A stretch of 64,000 nucleotides of DNA from Euglena gracilis. Taxonomy: Eukaryota. Both the position numbers and the translations under genes were made by a program. The notes beneath the pieces are model-generated. The model was not told the DNA's origin, did not search any database, and worked only from the letters and a program-made list of their open reading frames with translations. This document shows, in pieces, positions 26,501-39,650 of the stretch (positions are counted from its first letter, which is position 1; the number at the start of each line of letters is the position of its first letter). The stretch is taken from contig CP154954.1 in assembly GCA_039621445.1 (NCBI GenBank), positions 35,387,703 through 35,451,702 on the forward strand. Reading direction: 5' to 3'.

Positions 26501-29500
26501 TTCATGATTGTCGTGGTTTAATGGTAAGAAAAACATGCAGCGGGAATGTTGGTTGCAAGAAATGAGCAGATTTAGATGGGTGCATTCGACCATTCCGGGG
26601 GACATTTACCAGGTCAGCCCAGGTTACCATGTAAAAATGGACCAAATTGGGCCTTACTCCGAGTAACCGAATGGGTGTTCCAGGAGGCCTCCAAAGTCAG
26701 GGGACCCGTTGGTTTCATGATTGTCGTGGTTTAATGGTAAGAAAAACATGCAGCCGGAAGGTTGGTTGCAAGAAATGAGCAGATTTAGATGGGTGCATTC
26801 GACCATTCCGGGGGACATTTACCAGGTCAGCCCAGGTTACCATGTAAAAATGGACCAAATTGGGCCTTACTCCGAGTTACCGAATGGGTGTTCCAGGAGG
26901 CCTCCAAAGTCAGGGGACCCGTTGGTTTCATGATTGTCGTGGTTTAATGGTAAGAAAAACATGCAGCCGGAAGGTTGGTTGCAAGAAATGAGCAGACTTA
27001 GATGGGTGCGTTCGACCATTCCGGGGGACATTTACCAGGTCAGCCCAGGTTACCATGTAAAAATGGACCAAATTGGGCCTTACTCCGAGTTACCGAATGG
27101 GTGTTCCAGGAGGCCTCCAAAGTCAGGGGACCCGTTGGTTTCATGATTGTCGTGGTTTAATGGTAAGAAAAACATGCAGCAGGAAGGTTGGTTGCAAGAA
27201 ATGAGCAGATTTAGATGGGTGCATTCGACCATTCCGGGGGACATTTACCAGGTCAGCCCAGGTTACCATGTAAAAATGGACCAAATTGGGCCTTACTCCG
27301 AGTCACCGAATGGGTGTTCCAGGAGGCCTCCAAAGTCAGGGGACCCGTTGGTTTCATGATTGTCGTGGTTTAATGGTAAGAAAAACATGCAGCGGGAAGG
27401 TATGTTGCAAGAAATGAGCAGATTTAGATGGGTGCATTCGACCATTCCGGGGGACATTTACCAGGTCAGCCCAGGTTACCATGTAAAAATGGACCAAGTT
27501 GGGCCTTACTCCGAGTTACCGAATGGGTGTTCAGGAGGCCTCCAAAGTCAGGGGACCCGTTGGTTTCATGATTGTCGTGGTTTAATGGTAAGAAAAACAT
27601 GCAGCCGGAAGGTTGGTTGCAAGAAATGAGCAGATTTAGATGGGTGCATTCGACCATTCCGGGGGACATTTACCAGGTCAGCCCAGGTTACCATGTAAAA
27701 ATGGACCAAATTGGGCCTTACTCCGAGTAACCGAATGGGTGTTCCAGGAGGCCTCCAAAGTCAGGGGACCCGTTGGTTTCATGATTGTCGTGGTTTAATG
27801 GTAAGAAAAACATGCAGCCGGAAGGTTGGTTGCAAGAAATGAGCAGATTTAGATGGGTGCATTCGACCATTCCGGGGGACATTTACCAGGTCAGCCCAGG
27901 TTACCATGTAAAAATGGACCAAATTGGGCGTTACTCCGAGTAACCGAATGGGTGTTCCAGGAGGCCTCCAAAGTCAGGGGACCCGTCGGTTTCATGATTG
28001 TCGTGGTTTAATGGTGAGAAAAACATGCAGCGGGAATGTTGGTTGCAAGAAATGAGCAGAAAATTAATTGGGTGCATTCGACGATTCCGGGGGACATTTA
28101 CCAGGTCAGCCCAGGTTACCATGTAAAAATGGACCAAATTGGGCGTTACTCCGAGTAACCGAATGGGTGTTCCAGGAGGCCTCCAAAGTCAGGGGACCCG
28201 TTGGTTTCATGATTGTCGTGGTTTAATGGTAAGAAAAACATGCATCCGGAAGGTTGGTTGCAAGAAATGAGCAGATTTAGATGGGTGCATTCGACCATTC
28301 CGGGGGACATTTACCAGGTCAGCCCAGGTTACCATGTAAAAATGGACCAAATTGGGCCTTACTCCGAGTAACCGAATGGGTGTTCCAGGAGGCCTCCAAA
28401 GTCAGGGGACCCGTTGGTTTCATGATTGTCGTGGTTTAATGGTAAGAAAAACATGCAGCCGGAAGGTTGGTTGCAAGAAATGAGCAGATTTAGATGGGTG
28501 CATTCGACCATTCCGGGGGACATTTACCAGGTCAGCCCAGGTTACCATGTAAAAATGGACCAAATTGGGCCTTACTCCGAGTAACCGAATGGGTGTTCCA
28601 GGAGGCCTCCAAAGTCAGGGGACCCGTTGGTTTCATGATTGTCGTGGTTTAATGGTAAGAAAAACATGCAGCCGGAATGTTGGTTGCAAGAAATGAGCAG
28701 ATTTAGATGGGTGCATTCGACCATTCCGGGGGACATTTACCAGGTCAGCCCAGGTTACCATGTAAAAATGGACCAAATTGGGCCTTACTCCGAGTCACCG
28801 AATGGGTGTTCCAGGAGGCCTCCAAAGTCAGGGGACCCGTTGGTTTCATGATTGTCGTGGTTTAATGGTAAGAAAAACATGCAGCGGGAAGGTATGTTGC
28901 AAGAAATGAGCAGATTTAGATGGGTGCATTCGACCATTCCGGGGGACATTTACCAGGTCAGCCCAGGTTACCATGTAAAAATGGACCAAATTGGGCCTTA
29001 CTCCGAGTTACCGAATGGGTGTTCCAGGAGGCCTCCAAAGTCAGGGGACCCGTTGGTTTCATGATTGTCGTGGTTTAATGGTAAGAAAAACATGCAGCCG
29101 GAAGGTTGGTTGCAAGAAATGAGCAGATTTAGATGGGTGCATTCGACCATTCCGGGGGACATTTACCAGGTCAGCCCAGGTTACCATGTAAAAATGGACC
29201 AAATTGGGCCTTACTCCGAGTAACCGAATGGGTGTTCCAGGAGGCCTCCAAAGTCAGGGGACCCGTTGGTTTCATGATTGTCGTGGTTTAATGGTAAGAA
29301 AAACATGCAGCCGGAAGGTTGGTTGCAAGAAATGAGCAGATTTAGATGGGTGCATTCGACCATTCCGGGGGACATTTACCAGGTCAGCCCAGGTTACCAT
29401 GTAAAAATGGACCAAATTGGGCCTTACTCCGAGTAACCGAATGGGTGTTCCAGGAGGCCTCCAAAGTCAGGGGACCCGTTGGTTTCATGATTGTCGTGGT

Positions 29501-32500
29501 TTAATGGTAAGAAAAACATGCAGCGGGAATGTTGGTTGCAAGAAATGAGCAGATTTAGATGGGTGCATTCGACCATTCCGGGGGACATTTACCAGGTCAG
29601 CCCAGGTTACCATGTAAAAATGGACCAAATTGGGCCTTACTCCGAGTAACCGAATGGGTGTTCCAGGAGGCCTCCAAAGTCAGGGGACCCGTTGGTTTCA
29701 TGATTGTCGTGGTTTAATGGTAAGAAAAACATGCAGCGGGAAGGTTGGTTGCAAGAAATGAGCAGATTTAGATGGGTGCATTCGACCATTCCGGGGGACA
29801 TTTACCAGGTCAGCCCAGGTTACCATGTAAAAATGGACCAAATTGGGCCTTACTCCGAGTAACCGAATGGGTGTTCCAGGAGGCCTCCAAAGTCAGGGGA
29901 CCCGTTGGTTTCATGATTGTCGTGGTTTAATGGTAAGAAAAACATGCAGCGGGAATGTTGGTTGCAAGAAATGAGCACATTTAGATGGGTGCATTCGACC
30001 ATTCCGGGGGACATTTACCAGGTCAGCCCAGGTTACCATGTAAAAATGGACCAAATTGGGCCTTACTCCGAGTAACCGAATGGGTGTTCCAGGAGGCCTC
30101 CAAAGTCAGGGGACCCGTTGGTTTCATGATTGTCGTGGTTTAATGGTAAGAATAACATGCAGCCGAAAGGTTGGTTGCAATAAATGAGCACATTTAGATG
30201 GGTGCATTCGACCATTCCGGGGGACATTTACCAGGTCAGCCCAGGTTACCATGTAAAAATGGACCAAATTGGGCCTTACTCCGAGTTAGCGAATGGGTGT
30301 TCCAGGAGGCCTCCAAAGTCAGGGGAACCGTTGGTTTCATGATTGTCGTGGTTTAATGGTAAGAAAAACATGCAGCCGGAAGGTTGGTTGCAAGAAATGA
30401 GCACATTTAGATGGGTGCATTCGACCATTCCGGGGGACATTTACCAGGTCAGCCCAGGTTACCATGTAAAAATGGACCAAATTGGGCCTTACTCCGAGTA
30501 ACCGAATGGGTGTTCCAGGAGGCCTCCAAAGTCAGGGGACCCGTTGGTTTCATGATTGTTGTGGTTTAATGGTAAGAAAAACATGCCGCGGGAATGTTGG
30601 TTGCAAGAAATGAGCACATTTAGATGGGTGCATTCGACCATTCCGGGGGACATTTACCAGGTCAGCCCAGGTTACCATGTAAAAATGGACCAAATTGGGC
30701 CTTACTCCGAGTAACCGAATGGGTGTTCCAGGACGCCTCCAAAGTCAGGGGACCCGTTGGTTTCATGATTGTCGTGGTTTAATGGTAAGAAAAACATGCA
30801 GCCGGAAGGTTGGTTGCAAGAAATGAGCACATTTAGATGGGTGCATTCGACCATTCCGGGGGACATTTACCAGGTCAGCCCAGGTTGCCATGTAAAAATG
30901 GACCAAATTGGGCCTTACTCCGAGTAACCGAATGGGTGTTCCAGGAGGCCTCCAAAGTCAGGGGACCCGTTGGTTTCATGATTGTCGTGGTTTAATGGTA
31001 AGAATAACATGCAGCCGAAAGGTTGGTTGCAAGAAATGAGCACATTTAGATGGGTGCATTCGACCATTCCGGGGGACATTTACCAGGTCAGCCCAGGTTA
31101 CCATGTAAAAATGGACCAAATTGGGCCTTACTCCGAGTTAGCGAATGGGTGTTCCAGGAGGCCTCCAAAGTCAGGGGACCCGTTGGTTTCATGATTGTCG
31201 TGGTTTAATGGTAAGAAAAACATGCAGCCGGAAGGTTGGTTGCAAGAAATGAGCACATTTAGATGGGTGCATTCGACCATTCCGGGGGACATTTACCAGG
31301 TCAGCCCAGGTTACCATGTAAAAATGGACCAAATTGGGCCTTACTCCGAGTAACCGAATGGGTGTTCCAGGAGGCCTCCAAAGTCAGGGGACCCGTTGGT
31401 TTCATGATTGTCGTGGTTTAATGGTAAGAATAACATGCAGCCGGAAGGTTGGTTGCAAGAAATGAGCACATTTAGATGGGTGCATTCGACCATTCCAGGG
31501 GACATTTACCAGGTCAGCCCAGGTTACCATGTAAAAATGGACCAAATTGGGCCTTACTCCGAGTAACCGAATGGGTGTTCCAGGAGGCCTCCAAAGTCAG
31601 GGGAACCGTTGGTTTCATGATTGTCGTGGTTTAATGGTAAGAATAACATGCAGCCGAAAGGTTGGTTGCAATAAATGAGCACATTTAGATGGGTGCATTC
31701 GACCATTCCGGGGGACATTTACCAGGTCAGCCCAGGTTACCATGTAAAAATGGACCAAATTGGGCCTTACTCCGAGTTAGCGAATGGGTGTTCCAGGAGG
31801 CCTCCAAAGTCAGGGGAACCGTTGGTTTCATGATTGTCGTGGTTTAATGGTAAGAATAACATGCAGCCGAAAGGTTGGTTGCAATAAATGAGCACATTTA
31901 GATGGGTGCATTCGACCATTCCGGGGGACATTTACCAGGTCAGCCCAGGTTGCCATGTAAAAATGGACCAAATTGGGCCTTACTCCGAGTAACCGAATGG
32001 GTGTTCCAGGACGCCTCCAAAGTCAGGGGACCCGTTGGTTTCACGATTCTCGTGGTTTAATGGTAAGAAAAACATGCAGCCGGAAGGTTGGTTGCAAGGA
32101 ATGAGCACATTTAGATGGGTGCATTCGACCATTCCGGGGGACATTACCAGGTCAGCCCAGGTTACCATGTAAAAAGGGACCAAATTGGGCCTTACTCCGA
32201 GTAACCGAATGGGTGTCCAGGACGCCTCCAAAGTCAGGGCACCCGTTGGTTTCATGATTGTCGTGGTTTAATGGTAAGAAAAACATGCAGCCGGAAGGTT
32301 GGTTGCAAGAAATGAGCACATTTAGATGGGTGCATTCGACCATTCCGGGGGACATTTACCAGGTCAGCCCAGGTTACCATGTAAAAATGGACCAAATTGG
32401 GCCTTACTCCGAGTAACCGAATGGGTGTTCCAGGAGGCCTCCAAAGTCAGGGGACCCGTTGGTTTCATGATTGTCGTGGTTTAATGGTAAGAATAACATG

Positions 32501-35392
32501 CAGCCGGAAGGTTGGTTGCAAGAAATGAGCACATTTAGATGGGTGCATTCGACCATTCCAGGGGACATTTACCAGGTCAGCCCAGGTTACCATGTAAAAA
32601 TGGACCAAATTGGGCCTTACTCCGAGTTAGCGAATGGGTGTTCCAGGAGGCCTCCAAAGTCAGGGGAACCGTTGGTTTCATGATTGTCGTGGTTTAATGG
32701 TAAGAAAAACATGCAGCCGGAAGGTTGGTTGCAAGAAATGAGCACATTTAGATGGGTGCATTCGACCATTCCGGGGGACATTTACCAGGTCAGCCCAGGT
32801 TACCATGTAAAAATGGACCAAATTGGGCCTTACTCCGAGTAACCGAATGGGTGTTCCAGGAGGCCTCCAAAGTCAGGGGACCCGTTGGTTTCATGATTGT
32901 TGTGGTTTAATGGTAAGAAAAACATGCAGCCGGAAGGTTGGTTGCAAGAAATGAGCACATTTAGATGGGTGCATTCGACCATTCCGGGGGACATTTACCA
33001 GGTCAGCCCAGGTTACCATGTAAAAAGGGACCAAATTGGGCCTTACTCCGAGTAACCGAATGGGTGTTCCAGGAGGCCTCCAAAGTCAGGGGACCCGTTG
33101 GTTTCATGATTGTCGTGGTTTAATGGTAAGAAAAACATGCAGCCGGAAGGTTGGTTGCAAGAAATGAGCACATTTAGATGGGTGCATTCGACCATTCCGG
33201 GGGACATTTACCAGGTCAGCCCAGGTTACCATGTAAAAATGGACCAAATTGGGCCTTACTCCGAGTAACCGAATGGGTGTTCCAGGAGGCCTCCAAAGTC
33301 AGGGGACCCGTTGGTTTCATGATTGTCGTGGTTTAATGGTAAGAAAAACATGCAGCCGGAAGGTTGGTTGCAAGAAATGAGCAGATTTAGATGGGTGCAT
33401 TCGACCATTCCGGGGGACATTTACCAGGTCAGCCCAGGTTACCATGTAAAAATGGACCAAATTGGGCCTTACTCCGAGTAACCGAATGGGTGTTCCAGGA
33501 GGCCTCCAAAGTCAGGGGACCCGTTGGTTTCATGATTGTCGTGGTTTAATGGTAAGAAAAACATGCAGCCGGAAGGTTGGTTGCAAGAAATGAGCAGATT
33601 TAGATGGGTGCATTCGACCATTCCGGGGGACATTTACCAGGTCAGCCCAGGTTACCATGTAAAAATGGACCAAATTGGGCCTTACTCCGAGTAACCGAAT
33701 GGGTGTTCCAGGAGGCCTCCAAAGTCAGGGGACCCGTTGGTTTCATGATTGTCGTGGTTTAATGGTAAGAAAAACATGCAGCCGGAAGGTTGGTTGCAAG
33801 AAATGAGCACATTTAGATGGGTGCATTCGACCATTCCGGGGGACATTTACCAGGTCAGCCCAGGTTACCATGTAAAAATGGACCAAATTGGGCCTTACTC
33901 CGAGTAACCGAATGGGTGTTCCAGGAGGCCTCCAAAGTCAGGGGACCCGTTGGTTTCATGATTGTCGTGGTTTAATGGTAAGAAAACATGCAGCCGGAAG
34001 GTTGGTTGCAAGAAATGAGCAGATTTAGATGGGTGCATTCGACCATTCCGGGGGACATTTACCAGGTCAGCCCAGGTTACCATGTAAAAATGGACCAAAT
34101 TGGGCCTTACTCCGAGTAACCGAATGGGTGTTCCAGGAGGCCTCCAAAGTCAGGGGACCCGTTGGTTTCACGATTGTCGTGGTTTAATGGTAAGAAATAC
34201 ATGCAGCCGGAAGGTTGGTTGCAAGAAATGAGCAGATTTAGATGGGTGCATTCGACCATTCCGGGGGACATTTACCAGGTCAGCCCAGGTTACCATGTAA
34301 AAATGGACCAAATTGGGCCTTACTCCGAGTAACCGAATGGGTGTTCCAGGAGGCCTCCAAAGTCAGGGGACCCGTTGGTTTCATGATTGTCGTGGTTTAA
34401 TGGTAAGAAAAACATGCAGGAAGGTTGGTTGCAAGAAATGAGCAGATTTAGATGGGTGCATTCGACCATTCCGGGGGACATTTACCAGGTCAGCCCAGGT
34501 TACCATGTAAAAATGGACCAAATTGGGCCTTACTCCGAGTAACCGAATGGGTGTTCCAGGAGGCCTCCAAAGTCAGGGGACCCGTTGGTTTCATGATTGT
34601 CGTGGTTTAATGGTAAGAAAAACATGCAGCCGGGAGGTTGGTTGCAAGAAATGAGCACATTTAGATGGGTGCATTCGACCATTCCGGGGGACATTTACCA
34701 GGTCAGCCCAGGTTACCATGTAAAAATGGACCAAATTGGGCCTTACTCCGAGTATCCAGGAGGCCTCCAAAGTCAGGGGACCCGTTGGTTTCATGATTGT
34801 CGTGGTTTAATGGTAAGAAAAACATGCAGCGGGAATGTTGGTTGCAAGAAATGAGCAGATTTAGATGGGTGCATTCGACCATTCCGGGGGACATTTACCA
34901 GGTCAGCCCAGGTTACCATGTAAAAATGGACCAAATTGGGCCTTACTCCGAGTAACCGAATGGGTGTTCCAGGAGGCCTCCAAAGTCAGGGGACCCGTTG
35001 GTTTCATGATTGTCGTGGTTTAATGGTAAGAAAAACATGCAGCGGGAAGGTTGGTTGCAAGAAATGAGCACATTTAGATGGGTGCATTCGACCATTCCGG
35101 GGGACATTTACCAGGTCAGCCCAGGTTACCATGTAAAAATGGACCAAATTGGGCCTTACTCCGAGTAACCGAATGGGTGTTCCAGGAGGCCTCCAAAGTC
35201 AGGGGACCCGTTGGTTTCATGATTGTCGTGGTTTAATGGTAAGAAAAACATGCAGCCGGAAGGTTGGTTGCAAGAAATGAGCAGATTTAGATGGGTGCAT
35301 TCGACCATTCCGGGGGACATTTACCAGGTCAGCCCAGGTTACCATGTAAAAAATGGACCAAATTGGGCCTCTTACTCCGAGTAACCGAATGG
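5561..35392. repeat. 213-bp tandem satellite array 1 (~140 head-to-tail monomers), centromere/heterochromatin-like
   Basis: The monomer attgtcgtggtttaatggtaagaaaaacatgcagccggaagg...ggaggcctccaaagtcaggggacccgttggtttcatg recurs every 213 nt (e.g. 16496, 16709; 18199, 18412, 18625), with only a few substitutions per copy. Confidence 0.98.
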
Positions 35393-36406
35393 TTTCTGCC
35401 TGTGCTGTTTCAGCACCTTTCGATCTTGTGTTCCGATCTGGGGCTTTCGGCACTGATGCAGGAGAAATCTCCTGGTCAGTGGGCTGCCGGCATTCTCGGC
35501 AGTCGGAGGCGGTTTTCCACGCTCACCGAAACCCCAGAAATCAACAATGTGTTGCTCTTTGCAAAACTGGCATTCCAGCTTGTATCGCTTCGGATAGGCG
35601 AGGTCCACGTCCAGTACCTTGAACAGCATGCCATACATGCTATCCAAGAATACTTGGAGGTTGTTCGTGAACATTACCGCAGCCTGCACCTGGAGTTTCT
35701 CCGGCAGGGGGTAATACTTCCACTGGATTCCCAGTGCGCTGACGGAATACATGTGGTTGAAGATTTCCTTCAACTGTGCGACGAACGTTTCATCGTCAGG
35801 ACATGTTCCCAAACAGTTCACGTACGACTGACCGTTTCGGTCAGTAAAGATGCCGAAGTTCTGGCAGGGGTATCCCAACCAGAACCACAGCTCCCAGAAA
35901 CCGGGCATCCGGTCCAGGACGACTTCATTCGAATGAGGGTATCCCTCAAATGCATGAAGTTCAGAACTGTAGAAAAATCGCTTGCAGTGATCGTACATAC
36001 GATCCTGTACCACTTCGAGCACCGCTTCCGGTGGTCGGTGGATGACGTTACCTGCACGCGTGTACTGCTGAAGATTTTCTTTAATTTTCGGCCAGATCTC
36101 ATCCAGGTAGTCGAACACCTGGTTAACGTCGTAATCCTTCGTTTTCGAAGGGTCGGCGGCTTTTCCGCCTTTTCCTGTCGGGGGTCCGGCAGATTTTCCG
36201 CCTTTGCCTGGAGCTGGTCCAGCGGGTTTTCCGCCTTTCCCAGATGGGGCTTTCCCACCTTTCTCCTGGCCTTTACCTTTACCCTTACCCTTGCCTTTTC
36301 CTTTTCCCTTGCCCTTCGTGTTGGACAGCCATTCTATCGTCGCCCGATATGGGTCCCAATATTCCCAGTATTCTGGGTCTTCTTCTGTATACACAGGATA
36401 AGTCAC
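35393..36406 (-). pseudogene. Accessory ORF of element B (KG-repeat plus conserved domain), 3'-truncated by satellite
   Basis: ORF 35372-36406 is homologous to 1140-1910 of element A. Its last residues (PFGYSE*) are satellite-derived. Upstream the same frame continues through one TAG (36437-36439) to ~36570. Confidence 0.75.
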
Positions 36407-36542
36407 GGATTCCGTGCTTGGTGTTCGAGCAAATTCCTACTCAGCATCACCACGATTCGAGTAAACCGGTGCGACTGGGGATGGTCGGGTTTCCCGACGT
36501 GCCCGTTCTGCCGTCACGTCGGGCGCTGGCGGAGCTTCCTCC

Positions 36543-39185
36543 TCAGCGTCGACGTGCATCGCCGCGGCGGGCCGACCTCGGCGAGCGGCGTTGTGGCTGC
36601 GGCGTCAGATTTTCCGGGCCGCGGTCACGTTTGCCGGCGGCAGAGCTTGTGGGTCGTGCTGGTGGCGCTTCCGCCACAGCCACGTCCCGCTGTCGCGCTG
36701 GTTGACTTAACCGTGATGGATCTGGGACTCCTGTGAGAGCCGACACAGCAGCATCATACTGCTGGCGCTCTTCCCGTGTCATTTCCGCCCGGGCAGGGTA
36801 TCCCTGGCCGGCGGAAACAGGGGGACGACGTGCTATTTGTCGTTGGATTGTCACAGCATATTCATACTGTTGACGGTCCTCCTCAGTCTCGAACGGCCGA
36901 CCAGTCCACGGGTTAACGGGTTCATCCCGTGCCGGGGTAACTGGTGCCGCACGAGGCGCTGTCGCGGCTTCCCGCGGACGAGCGCTTCGGGCAGAGTCAG
37001 ACGCCGGGGGAGGATTTCCCTCCGCAGGACGTCGTGGGATAGGGTCAGGTATGGTTGGGTGGGGTTGAGGTGGATATACGTACTGATCCCGTGGCATTGG
37101 CGCCTCCTGGGGGTAATCCCCAGAGACGGTATACTGAGACACAGGCTCCTGCGCAGGATCCTCGGGCCCATACCCTTTCCAGCGGACCTTCCAAAGGTGC
37201 ATACCTTTGTCGATTTTGTGATCGATAATTTTATCGACTACAAAGTCGTCCGTCTCAGGTAATCTGGAACGGGGTTTGAAGTGCAAACACGGGATGGGTT
37301 TCCCATCCGGTGGCGACAGGTATGGTTTGAAGTCGTCCATATGAACGTCCTCAACACCATTCGGTAATGCAACCTTGTAACGCCCGCTGGTACCTAGTCT
37401 TTCTAGGATTTCACAGGGGCCGAGCCAGAGGGGGTCCAGCTTGGAAGACTGCATGCGAGTACGGCTATTCCGTACCCACACGCGGTCGCCAGGACTATAC
37501 ACAGGTGCCTTGAAGTTCTGCAAAAACGATTTCCGTTTTGCTGCATGAATATCAGTCACACGTTTCTGGACTGCAGAACGTAGATTTTCTCCTTCCGCAA
37601 AACAGGTTGCGACACTGACACTCGTTCGGGCGGGTCTCTCCGAAGGGACATCCCCTATGGTCGGAGGGTCCCGTCCGAAAACTAATTTATAGGGGGAATG
37701 AGGTAAAACCAACCCTGGTAGGGTATTGATATAAAACAAAGACCATGGTAGAACTGATATCCAGTTGCTGCGCGAGTCAGCCAGTGAAAGGCGAAGCATA
37801 TTCACGACGGATTTCACGGCTGCCTCGGCTCTACCATTGCCTTTGGGTCGGTATATAATGGAAAAATGTTGCTCGATTCCGAGTAAACCGCACAAAGTGG
37901 TGAAAAACCTTGAAGAAATCAAATGGTCTTGATCACTCACAATTTCGTTCGGTAAACCCATCAAGCAAATGCATTTCTCCAAAAATATAGTTGCCAAACT
38001 TTGGGCAGTCAACCCTGACTTCTGGCATGGAATGGCTACAATGTACCCACTCAGCCTGCAGACGACAACAAAGACGTAATCGTAAGTTTTGTCGTCTGTT
38101 CCTTTGCACGGTTCTAATTCCAGAAAATCCATGCAGAGGGATGTAAAAATGTCAGGGGGTACGGGGAAAAAGTCCATCGTACCAGGGGGGGTACCTCTGC
38201 GTGGTTTTACCGCTTGACAAATTTGACACCGTTGCGTTATTCGCAAACAGCGTGAGTAAAACTCTTTCTCGCTCAGGGTTGTGCAATACCTGCGGCCCAC
38301 CAACGAAAGAAGTTTGGGGGCCCCAGGGTGACCATGGTTGTGATAACACAAAATCACATCATCAACCAGGTCCTGGGGAATACAATATTTGTAACCCGAT
38401 TCATTGTGAAAAACCAACCGTAAAGGTGAAAGAGTGTAATTGTCCAGTACTTCGCCATTACGAAGTCTGGTGACAATGGTGTCATACACCGGATCACGAC
38501 TATAATCCCATTCGCGAAAGAACAGTGGGGAAGGGGACTCCGTGCGCATAATACGCCGGGGCCCGGGCGTGCTTCCACGTCGGCGCCTTCCTCGCACTGG
38601 TGCGACCAGGAATAGTTGTGAAACGGGAAAGGAATCCAAAAGATTATCCGCAGCGTCGTTTCGACGTGCGTAGTCGTCAGCTTCCTGACTTCCATGAAAA
38701 GTCGCGTCTCCCTCATCCGGGTTCCCAGGGTAATACCAAGGGGCCCGACTGAGCGGATCCGCTACTTTTTGTGTGTGACCAGGGGTATAGATAACCACAA
38801 GGTTGAATTGACTCAAGAACTCATGCCATCTGCATCGCCTTCCGACCGATGACATGGCCTTGTTCAAATCCTCGGTGTACCAGTGTTGGAGACTCTCATG
38901 GTCGGTCTTGACGAGGATCTGGACGAGACTGCTGGCTACCCAGCTTCGGAATTTCTGGAGTATAAGCACGATTGCGTAGGTTTCCTTCTCGCGTATACTC
39001 CATTTGACTTGACCTTTTCCATCGTCGCCCTGTAACTTTCTGCTGAAGAAAGCCACAGGTCGGAGCTCATTCGCCGCATTATGCTGGCTAAGAACTCCGC
39101 CAACAGCGTAATCGCTGCTGTCGACTTCCAACACGTATGGTTTGTACGGGTCCGCGATTTCGAGGACAACATTCTCCAAAAGCAA
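36543..39185 (-). CDS. pol: pol: RNase H, integrase (HHCC, DDE, GPY/F) and chromodomain, running in frame into the Pro-rich start of the accessory ORF
   Basis: RNase H LEVDSSDYAVGGVLSQ...RPVAFFSRKL...EKETYAI...KTDHESL; integrase HNHGHPG...CQICQ, CMDF, IVSDQD, GNGRAEAAV, WLGPCEI; chromodomain FVVDKIIDH...WKVRWKGYGPED. Confidence 0.93.
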   Translation of the reverse strand: MLLENVVLEIADPYKPYVLEVDSSDYAVGGVLSQHNAANELRPVAFFSRKLQGDDGKGQVKWSIREKETYAIVLILQKFRSWVASSLVQILVKTDHESLQHWYTEDLNKAMSSVGRRCRWHEFLSQFNLVVIYTPGHTQKVADPLSRAPWYYPGNPDEGDATFHGSQEADDYARRNDAADNLLDSFPVSQLFLVAPVRGRRRRGSTPGPRRIMRTESPSPLFFREWDYSRDPVYDTIVTRLRNGEVLDNYTLSPLRLVFHNESGYKYCIPQDLVDDVILCYHNHGHPGAPKLLSLVGRRYCTTLSEKEFYSRCLRITQRCQICQAVKPRRGTPPGTMDFFPVPPDIFTSLCMDFLELEPCKGTDDKTYDYVFVVVCRLSGYIVAIPCQKSGLTAQSLATIFLEKCICLMGLPNEIVSDQDHLISSRFFTTLCGLLGIEQHFSIIYRPKGNGRAEAAVKSVVNMLRLSLADSRSNWISVLPWSLFYINTLPGLVLPHSPYKLVFGRDPPTIGDVPSERPARTSVSVATCFAEGENLRSAVQKRVTDIHAAKRKSFLQNFKAPVYSPGDRVWVRNSRTRMQSSKLDPLWLGPCEILERLGTSGRYKVALPNGVEDVHMDDFKPYLSPPDGKPIPCLHFKPRSRLPETDDFVVDKIIDHKIDKGMHLWKVRWKGYGPEDPAQEPVSQYTVSGDYPQEAPMPRDQYVYPPQPHPTIPDPIPRRPAEGNPPPASDSARSARPREAATAPRAAPVTPARDEPVNPWTGRPFETEEDRQQYEYAVTIQRQIARRPPVSAGQGYPARAEMTREERQQYDAAVSALTGVPDPSRLSQPARQRDVAVAEAPPARPTSSAAGKRDRGPENLTPQPQRRSPRSARRGDARRR

Positions 39186-39245
39186 AACCTTGATTTTCTC
39201 AAGGGCGTCGCGCGCATTTGGTCATCCCAAATGACTTTGGTATTG

Positions 39246-39650
39246 TCAACAGCCCGGTTTTTTGAGCTGTTTGGTGAGGGGCACCGCGATTTTCGCGAAG
39301 TCCTTCATATAAATCGCGTAGTATTGGGCTAATCCCAAAAATCCTTTGAGGTGAGTAATCGTTTTGATTACCTCAGGGGTCCATTTCTTAATGGCTTCGA
39401 GTTTACTCGGAGCGGCTTTCCGCTGTCCATTGCTGAGGATGTGCCCACAAAATTTTATAAGTATCCGAAACAAATGCATTTTCGCGCCTTTCGCGAAAAG
39501 CACATGTTTTTGAAAAGCGGTTAATACCGCGCAAACATGGTGGAAATGTGTGACGAGGATATCCTCGCTCGATTTTGCGGATGGTGGTGGTGTTCCCACC
39601 AGCACATCATCAATGTACACAATGGCAAACGGTAAATCGCGTAGAAACAC
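39246..39650 (-). CDS. pol: pol: reverse transcriptase C-terminal half (YIDD catalytic motif), frameshifted segment
   Basis: VYIDDVLV, KFCGHILS, LKGFLGLAQYYAIYMKDFAKIAVPLT. Confidence 0.92.
   Translation of the reverse strand: MFLRDLPFAIVYIDDVLVGTPPPSAKSSEDILVTHFHHVCAVLTAFQKHVLFAKGAKMHLFRILIKFCGHILSNGQRKAAPSKLEAIKKWTPEVIKTITHLKGFLGLAQYYAIYMKDFAKIAVPLTKQLKKPGC

Noticed and set aside
5561-35392. CRISPR-like or tandem RNA-gene (5S, tRNA, spliced-leader) array
   Set aside because: There are no unique spacers; the whole unit repeats. I could not recognise 5S, tRNA or SL motifs by eye, though an Rfam search would be needed to exclude this fully.
35291-36736. 481-aa plus-strand ORF
   Set aside because: It is the antisense shadow of the conserved minus-strand accessory ORF and begins inside satellite.
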